Assembly (NCBI GenBank): GCA_027623195.1
Contig: JAQBUT010000006.1
Span: forward strand, 32,001 to 96,000
Source of the DNA: Chloroflexota bacterium
Lineage (GTDB): Bacteria > Chloroflexota > Dehalococcoidia > Lucifugimonadales > JADFKI01
DNA length: 64,000 nt
Direction: 5' to 3'
Both the position numbers and the translations under genes were made by a program. Below are positions 11,211 to 19,704 of the stretch, one piece after another. Within the stretch, counting starts at the first letter, position 1; every line of letters begins with the position of its first letter. Under the pieces are notes generated by a model, which searched no databases, was not told where the DNA came from, and saw only the letters and a program-made list of their open reading frames with translations.

Positions 11211-11605
11211 TTTAAAATACTAGCCCTAGTTTACCGGTCGCAACATGCCGGGGTTTCGGAGCCGCCACAGCAACGTGATCCCCGTTTGTCCAAACACATA
11301 TAAACATTTATGCCACCCCTTAAACATCTGCCAATCCCCTCGACCTATCGGCGATTGCATTTAACCCCTTAGGGCACAAGCATCTGTCAGTTGCAAAAAT
11401 CAACTTTCAGCCCCAGATTGTAAGCACCAATAACCTTGTTGCCTTGCCCCTTATTTATGATAACCGGAGCCTGTTAAAACCATAGTAGTTCGTTAAGTTT
11501 CGACGCCTGTAATAAGGTTTAGTTGGCAAATACACACCAGTCAAACCGGATCCTGGTTAGACTTAATTGCCTGTCAAATTTAGGCGGTCTCGGAGGCTTA
11601 CCACA

Positions 11606-12109
11606 TTGGTAAACGAAACGAACAATCGCAACGACAACCTGGCACGAAAATATGACCCACAGGTCACTGAGGTTGACGGCGTTCCGGGTCTTGATGATTC
11701 TACGATGCTCGACAAGTTTCTGTCGAAACTTTGCGACCACATCAAGAGTGAAGGGCTCGTTAGCCTTTACTGGGTTTCCGGGGTACGCACGGAGGAGGTC
11801 GCGAGCAACATTCTCAAGGCCATGGCAGAAGCGACCGGTGAATCCAACTTCGATGGCGACTCCTACGTCATCGTGGCGAAACCTGGAGATGCCGAGTTAC
11901 TCGATACCTTCAACTCCCAGTACAGCATCCGCATCCTACCCATGAACGAGATTTATGCCGACAGCTTTATTGTTGTTAACGAGTCCGCAGTCCTGGACGT
12001 GACCCCTATCGTTGGGGACGAGGGCAACCCGGAATTTAGCGAAGACCCCACGGTCGTCAGTCTTTACACGGGCTTTTTCAATATCCTTAAGAACGGCACT
12101 ACATCTTAG
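11606..12109 (+). CDS. Hypothetical acidic protein (167 aa)
   Basis: TTG start with GGAGG RBS at 11592-11596; followed by a strong terminator; C-terminal pattern weakly resembles TrmB/PLD-like domains. Confidence 0.7.
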   Translation: MVNETNNRNDNLARKYDPQVTEVDGVPGLDDSTMLDKFLSKLCDHIKSEGLVSLYWVSGVRTEEVASNILKAMAEATGESNFDGDSYVIVAKPGDAELLDTFNSQYSIRILPMNEIYADSFIVVNESAVLDVTPIVGDEGNPEFSEDPTVVSLYTGFFNILKNGTTS

Positions 12110-12141
12110 ATTCCTACCTCAATTTAATTATCGACTGCAAC

Positions 12142-12184
12142 ATAGAGGGCGACCCGCCGCGTTGGGGTCGCCCTCTATTTTTTT
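12142..12184 (+). terminator. Intrinsic terminator
   Basis: ATAGAGGGCGACCC / GGGTCGCCCTCTAT perfect 14-bp stem plus T-tract. Confidence 0.85.
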
Positions 12185-12440
12185 GTGGCTCCATTTAACA
12201 CACCACGTAAAACGGATCCCTGCTGCGCCCTTCCTATTTAACTCCCCAGCAACCTTTTCCCAGAAAGCTCGTTATATCTATAAGCGAAGGCTCACATTTT
12301 GTGCCTTTACGACAACCCCACCATTAATACTCTGGCGTCTGAATTTCGGTGCTTAGTGAAAGATCTAACCCCTATGCAGCCACGTATATTAAACAGCGGG
12401 GAATCCGGGAAGCCGTTTCCGGGTCCGGAGGCTGTGTGCC

Positions 12441-13034
12441 ATGGAGCATGAAGAAGCAGACGACGCACAACTGATTTCCCTAATAATGGAACAGTCACGG
12501 CCAGCGCTGGAAACCCTGTACCAGCGTTACTCCAATACGGTGTACTCCCTTGCGATGCATATGCTCCGGGATGCCGGCAAAGCAGAAGAGGTAACGCAGG
12601 ACGCATTTTTCAACGTCTGGCGAAGAGCAGGAAGCTATAGCACTAGCCGGGGAAGTGTGACAGCCTGGCTGTTCAGCATTGCGCATAATAGGACAATCGA
12701 CGAACTAAGGAAGAGGCGCCGGGATCAGACCCACGTTCGGCACGGCGTGGACCTTAGCAATAAGGCTGAGGAAGATAACAGCGGCGGGGACCCGATGCGC
12801 TACGCCACGCTTCAGTTCGACAAAAGCCAATTAAAGGACGCGCTTTTTACATTGAGGCCCGAGCAGAGAGAGATAGTTATATTGGCCTATTTTGGCGGTC
12901 TTACGCACTCAGAGATATCCCAGCAACTAGGCCAGCCCCTGGGCACAGTGAAGACACGTATGCGCCTTGCCCTCAAGAAACTAAGGTCCGTTTTGGGACC
13001 TCAATACCTGGAGCAAGCTGACATTGGAATGTGA
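12441..13034 (+). CDS. ECF RNA polymerase sigma factor (SigK-like)
   Basis: AEEVTQDAF..VWR, WLFSIAHNRTID, LAYFGGLTHSEIS, PLGTVKTRMRLAL. Confidence 0.93.
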   Translation: MEHEEADDAQLISLIMEQSRPALETLYQRYSNTVYSLAMHMLRDAGKAEEVTQDAFFNVWRRAGSYSTSRGSVTAWLFSIAHNRTIDELRKRRRDQTHVRHGVDLSNKAEEDNSGGDPMRYATLQFDKSQLKDALFTLRPEQREIVILAYFGGLTHSEISQQLGQPLGTVKTRMRLALKKLRSVLGPQYLEQADIGM

Positions 13035-13905
13035 ACGGGCGGATTCACTTCTACATCACTATTTTCTTGGCTCACTAAATGCCGATTTGGGCAAAAGCTT
13101 GGAGCGACATCTCGACGCCTGCGCCGATTGCGGCGAAAGGCTGAGTGCCTACGGCGAAACTGTTGCTCACCTGGCTCGTTCCGTACCTCAACATGAAGCT
13201 CGGGAGCGGATTCGACAGGCCCTGTTTAGCCGAATAGAGGGTGAAAACCGCGATCCGCAAGCAATCCTGTATTCCCAAATCTGGCGATTCGCAACTCTTT
13301 GGACGATGATAAAGACGACGTCCATTTCGCGGAACAGGGTAGGGGCAGCAAGCTTATTAGTAGGGATATTCTTACTGTTGGGTGTCTGGGTGAATCATAC
13401 CCAGGCTGGGGTTCCGCCTGGCGCTGAGATCGAGTCTCCACAGCAAGCGAGCCTTTCAGGCAGGGACAGCCGCTCAGAAGGCCGTCTGCTCGAGACCAGG
13501 GAAACGGCAACAGCAACTGCGGAACTGGTTAATGCCCAGAAGCCCTCGGTTTATGACAGCCTTGGCGTCACGCCAGCTTCCGGAATTTCGGTAAGCATGC
13601 TCACAGGGCCAGTAGTCGGGGGAACAGGGCCGAGAGGCGTGTTAATAGCGTCCGAGGGCAAAGCCATGCTCATGGCCTTGGACCTGCCCCCTCTTCCCAG
13701 CTACCAGGTCTACCAGATATGGCTGGTCCAGTCCGGCGGTGTAGTAGACGCAGGTCTCCTATCAGTGGATGCCACAGGTTATGGCCAGACGATCATCATT
13801 CCATACCTTTCGTTGGCGGAGTACGACGGCATTGGTATTACCATTGAGCCAGCAAGCGGGAGCCCAGACCCCACGGGCGTAAGCGTCCTCCAAGGTGACC
13901 TCTAA
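13024..13905 (+). CDS. Anti-sigma factor (RskA-like) with N-terminal HxxxCxxC zinc motif
   Basis: HLDACADC, one TM segment, C-terminal LPPLP..QVYQIWLV..GITIEP..GSPDPTG; overlaps the sigma gene. Confidence 0.88.
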   Translation: MECERADSLLHHYFLGSLNADLGKSLERHLDACADCGERLSAYGETVAHLARSVPQHEARERIRQALFSRIEGENRDPQAILYSQIWRFATLWTMIKTTSISRNRVGAASLLVGIFLLLGVWVNHTQAGVPPGAEIESPQQASLSGRDSRSEGRLLETRETATATAELVNAQKPSVYDSLGVTPASGISVSMLTGPVVGGTGPRGVLIASEGKAMLMALDLPPLPSYQVYQIWLVQSGGVVDAGLLSVDATGYGQTIIIPYLSLAEYDGIGITIEPASGSPDPTGVSVLQGDL

Positions 13906-14161
13906 CAACATGAATTGGTCACTTCCAAGAAATCAATGTAGCACTTTAATAATTTTGGTTTATCTACCACTATGCGGATCAATAGATAGACATACCAACG
14001 GGATGAACCGAACGACGGCGCGCATATTAGCGGCCACTCAAAATTCAATATTTTTGTGGTAAATTAGGTTCGTAAGGTCTATTCTGCATACACAGCGTGT
14101 GGTAGTGTTATTTGGGTACGCGGTCTACAGCTTTTTCAGCCAAGGAGGGAAGACACGTAGC

Positions 14162-15229
14162 ATGTCTAAATTACTCATCATCTTCGGACTTGTTCTATTA
14201 ATGACGGTCCCGGTTTCTCTGGCCCAGGCCCAGGTGCCTGCGCCAACATCGGCTGGTGCTCAGTACGAAGGCTCCGGTACAGCCGTCGTATCTGACAGCT
14301 CTGGCCTTAGCGACAAGATCACCTTTTCCATGACAGGGGTGACACGACCCGGACCGGATCAGACCTATGAGGGCTGGCTCGTCAACTCCACCACTGGTGA
14401 CATTCAAAGCACCGGTGTCATGAAAGTTGATGGCAGTAACAAAATCAGCCACAGTTGGGTTTCTCCTGACGGCGATAACCTTATTGAAATGTACAATTCG
14501 GTGGTTATCAGCGTTGAGCCCGTACCGGACTCATCTCCTGATTCGCCTTCGAGCATCAAGCCTTTCTCGGGCTCAGTTTCATCCGTGGCCATGACGCATA
14601 TTCGTCACCTACTGGTGAGCTGGCCGGAAGGATCAGATGCCGGCATTCTGACGAACCTAAACGGTCAAATAGACGTGGCAATACAGCACGTGAATCTGGC
14701 TCGCGGTTCCAGCACTATTGAAGGTGTTCTTACGCACACGCAGCACGTCATTAACGTAGTCGACGGTAGCGGCGGACCGAGCGATGGCATAGGTATCGTT
14801 GCCCATGCTAAGGACCGCTCCCACGCCGGACTGGCTGGTGCCTCCGTGGCTACAGAAGCCGCTAAGGTAGAAGCCGCTGGCGCCAACGCAGAAGCTTGGG
14901 CGCTAGAGGCCAAAGAGGCCGCTGAGAATGTTCTGGATCAGAGCAGCGTCACCATAGCCAAGGCGTTGCTTAACACGGTTGCCGGTCGACTGGATGCGGC
15001 AAGGAATGGCATCTCTGCGACAGGGCGGGGCGGCGGCGAACAGGCGTACGTGAGTGCCCAGATGATGGCGACTTACAGCCTTTCGTCCGGTGATATTGGA
15101 ACGCCTGCCACGGGTGACACCAGTATCCCCATGCTAGCTCAGATGCTCCTAGCGGGATCGCTCTCTCTGTTGGTAGCAGGTAGCTTCCTGTTCTACCGCA
15201 GCCGAAGGGTTAGCAGAGTAAGGGCTTAG
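14162..15229 (+). CDS. Secreted surface protein with RskA-like N-domain, His-rich helical region and C-terminal sortase-like signal
   Basis: RBS AGGAGG, signal peptide ending LAQA, C-terminal TPATGD + hydrophobic helix + RSRRVSRVRA. Confidence 0.8.
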   Translation: MSKLLIIFGLVLLMTVPVSLAQAQVPAPTSAGAQYEGSGTAVVSDSSGLSDKITFSMTGVTRPGPDQTYEGWLVNSTTGDIQSTGVMKVDGSNKISHSWVSPDGDNLIEMYNSVVISVEPVPDSSPDSPSSIKPFSGSVSSVAMTHIRHLLVSWPEGSDAGILTNLNGQIDVAIQHVNLARGSSTIEGVLTHTQHVINVVDGSGGPSDGIGIVAHAKDRSHAGLAGASVATEAAKVEAAGANAEAWALEAKEAAENVLDQSSVTIAKALLNTVAGRLDAARNGISATGRGGGEQAYVSAQMMATYSLSSGDIGTPATGDTSIPMLAQMLLAGSLSLLVAGSFLFYRSRRVSRVRA

Positions 15230-15257
15230 TCCTTTAGCAAGTAAGCCTGATTTACTT

Positions 15258-15301
15258 AGGAGACCCCATTTCATTAGTGAGATGGGGTCTCTTACTTTTT
15301 T
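15258..15301 (+). terminator. Intrinsic terminator
   Basis: GAGACCCCATTTCA / TGAGATGGGGTCTC stem plus T-tract. Confidence 0.8.
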
Positions 15302-15353
15302 GCGGTTTCGCGTTGTAGCATTGACGAAATCAAAGAGCCCAAAGGCCAACCCG

Positions 15354-16088
15354 ATGATTGCAAATATTTACGGTCTTAAATACGTAGTCCTCATGGCTAT
15401 CCTGCTGTCCATAAGCCTCTCCTGCAGCGGCCCGACCGGGGCAGGCCTATCAGACACAATAACCAAAGATGTCCTCACTCCCACCCCTACTCCGATCAAT
15501 CCCCAGGCCGTGTTGGACCAGTCCGGTACGGCCATGGCCAGCCTGGAGTCATTCCACTTCGATTTGCAACACAGCACCGGCGGAACACCCTTAGCAGCGA
15601 ACCTTTTATTGATCTCGGCTGAAGGCTACGTGGAAAAGCCGGACAGGCTGGCGGTAGAATTCACAGGCTCCGTTGGGAGATTCGCCATGCGTGGCAGTCT
15701 GATCACTATTGGCGACCGGACCTTCATGACCAATCCCTTGAACGACGAATGGCAAGTATTGCAGGACCAGGTAAGCCCCCTGGCGTACTTCGATCCTGCA
15801 AAGGGGATTTCCAGCATGATGTCGCAGGTAACTGCCCCTACTCTTTTGGCAATTCACAGCAAAGAGGTCCACATTGGCGGGCGCCTTCCCGCCACGGCTC
15901 TATCACCTCTGTTCGGCCCAACTGCAGACGGTTCTATTGATGTGGAGATGACCATAGACCTAAGCGAGTCTTACCTAACGAAAATCATGCTCGATGGACC
16001 AGTCACAGAAACCGAGATGGCCGGCGTCGTACGCACTATTGTGCTAGACCAGTTCAACGAGCCTACGTCGATAGAGCCCCCGCAATAA
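15354..16088 (+). CDS. LppX/LprAFG-like lipoprotein
   Basis: Lipobox-like ISLSC; AMASLESFHF, TNPL..W, FDPAKGI, FNEPTSIEPP end pattern; start ATG 15354 chosen because the upstream ATG lies inside the terminator. Confidence 0.72.
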   Translation: MIANIYGLKYVVLMAILLSISLSCSGPTGAGLSDTITKDVLTPTPTPINPQAVLDQSGTAMASLESFHFDLQHSTGGTPLAANLLLISAEGYVEKPDRLAVEFTGSVGRFAMRGSLITIGDRTFMTNPLNDEWQVLQDQVSPLAYFDPAKGISSMMSQVTAPTLLAIHSKEVHIGGRLPATALSPLFGPTADGSIDVEMTIDLSESYLTKIMLDGPVTETEMAGVVRTIVLDQFNEPTSIEPPQ

Positions 16089-16176
16089 ATCCTCGTTCGT
16101 CAGTTCACTCGAGGCCTGCAAAAGCCAGCCTAAAAAGACGGGAATCACGCCACCCACCTAATTCAGACAGGCACCC

Positions 16177-17670
16177 ATGTGTGCTTATATATATGGCGTG
16201 AAGCTAAACAGATCCAAAATCTCCCCATACCTGGCGCTTACCGCCGTGTTCGCTGGCGTGTTCATCGCGGCAGACGACCAGACCGTTGTTGTAACGGTGC
16301 TGCCTCAAGTGATGCTGGATATGGGCGTCCAGGTGAACGAGCTAAACAGGGCTTCATGGACCATTACCGGCTACCTACTGGGCTATTTGGTAGCCATGCC
16401 CTTTATCGGCAGAGCCTCGGACGTTTGGGGGCACCGACGAGTCTTCTTGCTATCCATGACCATGTTCATGATCGGCTCAGCCGCAGTCGCCCTCACCTCG
16501 TCGCTTAACTGGCTGATCGCGGCCAGGGTTTTCCAGGCGCTTGGAGCCGGAGCGCTGGTCCCGGTATCCATTGCCATGGTGGGAGACCTTTTCCCCGCCC
16601 AAAAACGCGGCGTGCCCCTGGGGATTATGGGCGCATCAGCGGAGGCGGGCGGCGTGATAGGCCCTCTCTGGGGTGGCATTATCATCAAATATCTAAGCTG
16701 GCAGTGGGTTTTTTGGATTAATTTGCCCTTGGGCGCAGCCGTCATAGCGTTAACGTTCCTTCTCATCGAACCAAGTCCGCGAACACGCTCCCGCGTAGAC
16801 TACATTGGCGGGGGCCTGATTACCGCCAGCCTGGCAACCCTAACCCTCGGGTTGGCCCGAATAGATGAGGCAGATTGGCTGATGGCGATCTACATGGCTG
16901 CATCCTTCGGCCTATTTTGGCTGTTCGTCTTGAGGCAAAGGTCCACACCAGAGCCTCTACTGCCAAGTGCCATGTTCAAGACCTGGGCCTTTCGCGCCTC
17001 GAATGCCGTCCATATTCTTGTAGGTGCGGCCCTAATCATAGGCATGGTGACTATCCCCCTGATGGCAAACACTGTGATGGGCCTGACGCCTCTGGACGGC
17101 GGCCTACAGCTCATACGCCTAACCGCCGCAATTCCAGTCGGCGCTGTGCTTGGGGGCATTGCCGCGCAACGAATGGATTACAGGATACCGACCGTCATCG
17201 GCCTGGCCCTGGCGGCCATTGGCTTCTGGCTCATGAGTGGATGGGACCTGACTATATCGGACCCTGCTCTGACCATTCATCTCGCGACCGCGGGGCTGGG
17301 ATTCGGGCTTGTCATCGCGCCCATCGCTCTGGCAGCCACCAACTCGGTCCACCAGGATAATAGAGGCACGGCGGCATCACTAATCACGGCCACGAGGATC
17401 ACCGGCATGACGCTGGGCCTTGCCGCCTTGACAGCTTGGGGCACAGGTCACTTTGGCCACCTGGTCTCGGGCCTTCAGGTGCCATTCCAGTTGTCAGGGG
17501 AGTCCACAACGGCCTATCAGCAACGCCTAGAGGAGTTCCAGCGCCATGTCACAGACGCTGGCCTCACGATATTTAATGAGTTCTTTCTGGTGGCGTCGGC
17601 GCTATGCGCGTTGGCCATAGTCGCCGCTCTGTTCATGAAGTGGGACAGAAATCGAACGCCTGAGACATAA
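16177..17670 (+). CDS. MFS transporter, DHA2-like (P55-like)
   Basis: AADDQTVVVTVLP, WTITGYLLGY..AMP..GRASD..GHRR, WQWVFWINLP; many TM helices. Confidence 0.9.
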   Translation: MCAYIYGVKLNRSKISPYLALTAVFAGVFIAADDQTVVVTVLPQVMLDMGVQVNELNRASWTITGYLLGYLVAMPFIGRASDVWGHRRVFLLSMTMFMIGSAAVALTSSLNWLIAARVFQALGAGALVPVSIAMVGDLFPAQKRGVPLGIMGASAEAGGVIGPLWGGIIIKYLSWQWVFWINLPLGAAVIALTFLLIEPSPRTRSRVDYIGGGLITASLATLTLGLARIDEADWLMAIYMAASFGLFWLFVLRQRSTPEPLLPSAMFKTWAFRASNAVHILVGAALIIGMVTIPLMANTVMGLTPLDGGLQLIRLTAAIPVGAVLGGIAAQRMDYRIPTVIGLALAAIGFWLMSGWDLTISDPALTIHLATAGLGFGLVIAPIALAATNSVHQDNRGTAASLITATRITGMTLGLAALTAWGTGHFGHLVSGLQVPFQLSGESTTAYQQRLEEFQRHVTDAGLTIFNEFFLVASALCALAIVAALFMKWDRNRTPET

Positions 17671-17812
17671 TTTGCGGTCAGTGCCACCACAGAATCGCCC
17701 ACCAAACTCACGCATCTAAAGGGTGGTCGGCCAACGGTGGCAATAACGTGACCGACTATGCCGACCCCATAGCCATATAGCCAAAAGAGTTCACCATGCG
17801 GGAAGGAAGCAT

Positions 17813-18502
17813 ATGCCCAGAAACGAGCGAACCAGACGAAAGCGAAGGACACGAAGTGGTGGAGATGGACAAGAGCCTTCAAATACGGAGCCTTCAAGTT
17901 CGGGAATGGCAAGCCCTTCGCCCAAACGCTCATCCAGCCGCAAAAGGGGTGGGCAACAAGGCAGCTACCGGCCACCCATGATCATAGGTTCGGCGGTCAT
18001 AGTCGCCATCATCGTTGGGGTTTTGACATTTCAGATTTTGACGGGCTCTGGCGCATCTGCCGATTTCGAGTTCAGCGTCTACCAGGGTGAAGAGATCCTG
18101 GGAGGCGATCCAATCAACTTCAGCGAAATCCTGGACGACGGCAAGCCAGTGGTTTTGAACTTCTGGGCGGGAAATTGCCCACCGTGCAGGGCGGAGATGC
18201 CTGCATTACAAAAGGTGTGGGACGCCCATCAGGACGATATCATCTTCGTTGGGCTGGACGTAGGCACCTTTACCGGCCTAGGCACCAAGCAAAGCGCCAT
18301 CGCTCTGCTTGACGAGCTAAATGTGACCTACCCTGCGGGCGGTCCGCCCAACAGGACGCCTCTGGTGAACTACTCGGTTCGAAGCATGCCGACGACCGTT
18401 TTCTTCGGAGCAGACGGCCAGCCTTTTGATCGATGGGACGGCGCCATCAGCGAATTCCAAATGAACAACATTATTAGCGCCATGCTGGAGGAGGCTTCAT
18501 AG
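17813..18502 (+). CDS. Membrane-anchored TlpA/ResA-like thiol-disulfide oxidoreductase
   Basis: KPVVLNFWAGNCPPCRAEMP, MPTTVF; N-terminal basic region plus TM. Confidence 0.88.
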   Translation: MPRNERTRRKRRTRSGGDGQEPSNTEPSSSGMASPSPKRSSSRKRGGQQGSYRPPMIIGSAVIVAIIVGVLTFQILTGSGASADFEFSVYQGEEILGGDPINFSEILDDGKPVVLNFWAGNCPPCRAEMPALQKVWDAHQDDIIFVGLDVGTFTGLGTKQSAIALLDELNVTYPAGGPPNRTPLVNYSVRSMPTTVFFGADGQPFDRWDGAISEFQMNNIISAMLEEAS

Positions 18503-18738
18503 CCGTTTGAATACGGCATAGTATTAACCGGCTCCCGCCTATAGATTTCGTACAGAACGAATAACAATATAAAGATGAGATTATACAATAGTCGTTTTCA
18601 TCGCTTTTTATCTATATAGCAACGGATTCCTACTGATAATCTGACCGTTCATTCAGGAACCCGCATTGTCTGCGCTATCCATAGTATAATTTGCGTCACT
18701 TTCCAATTTTCAGGCATTCAGCCAAGAGGAGGAGTCTT

Positions 18739-19581
18739 ATGGCAGAGTACGCACATCCCGAGTCTTTGGTAAGCACCGAGTGGGTCGCCGAACACGGCAG
18801 CGACGCCAACGTTAGGTTGGTGGAAGTGGACGTGGACACCTCCGCCTACGACCAGGGCCATATAGCCGGTGCAGTATCCTGGAACTGGTCAACCCAGCTT
18901 CAGGAGACCCTGGCTCGCGACATCGTATCCAAGTCCGGCATGGAGGAGTTGTTGGGCAAGACAGGAATCGATAACAACACCACAGTTATCCTGTACGGCG
19001 ACAACAACAACTGGTTCGCGGCATGGGCTTTCTGGCAAATGCAGGTGTACGGCGACAAGAACGTCAAGCTTATGAATGGCGGCCGTGCCAAGTGGGAGGC
19101 GGAGGGTCGTCCCCTAACAACGGACGCGCCCAGCATTTCAGACAAGAGCTACACGGCCTCCGAAGCAGACAACAGCATTCGCGCATTCCGCGAAGATGTT
19201 CTTACGGCCGTTAGCGCAGGCAACAGCGCCTTGGTGGATGTTCGGGCCCCCGCCGAGTACAGCGGAGAGTTGCTAGCGCCTGCAAACCTTCCTCAAGAGG
19301 GTTCGCAACGCGGCGGCCACATCCCCGGCGCGGCCAACGTGCCCTGGGGAACCGCCGTGGCGGCAGACGGCACCTTCAAGTCGGCTGACGAGCTACAAGA
19401 GATTTACGGCGGCAAGGGCCTGGACGGAAGCAAGCCAACCATAGCCTACTGCCGTATCGGCGAGCGCTCATCCCACACCTGGTTCGTGCTAACGCAGCTA
19501 CTGGGCCAGAGCAACGTGCGCAATTACGATGGATCGTGGACGGAGTACGGTAGTATCGTTCGTGCCCCGATTGAACGTTAA
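18739..19581 (+). CDS. Thiosulfate sulfurtransferase (tandem rhodanese, CysA/SseA-like)
   Basis: LVSTEW, GHIAGA, GHIPGA, active-site YCRIGERS, NYDGSWTE; RBS GAGGAG. Confidence 0.95.
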   Translation: MAEYAHPESLVSTEWVAEHGSDANVRLVEVDVDTSAYDQGHIAGAVSWNWSTQLQETLARDIVSKSGMEELLGKTGIDNNTTVILYGDNNNWFAAWAFWQMQVYGDKNVKLMNGGRAKWEAEGRPLTTDAPSISDKSYTASEADNSIRAFREDVLTAVSAGNSALVDVRAPAEYSGELLAPANLPQEGSQRGGHIPGAANVPWGTAVAADGTFKSADELQEIYGGKGLDGSKPTIAYCRIGERSSHTWFVLTQLLGQSNVRNYDGSWTEYGSIVRAPIER

Positions 19582-19606
19582 GCAGACCACCCAATTATGA
19601 AGTCAC

Positions 19607-19636
19607 AAGGGCGACCCGCCATTGCGGGTCGCCCTT
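19607..19636. repeat. Palindromic hairpin sharing sequence with the 12146-12174 hairpin
   Basis: AAGGGCGACCCGC-CATT-GCGGGTCGCCCTT perfect 13-bp stem. Confidence 0.7.
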
Positions 19637-19704
19637 AAAGTTTGCGGGAAATCACCCAGGCAATTTTCACGGCGTTCGCGGAACGCCAAGGAGCGGCATT
19701 ACAT

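Noticed and set aside
13906..14160. Search for an ECF-sigma promoter upstream of the surface protein
   Set aside because: No motif convincingly shared with the region upstream of the sigma gene
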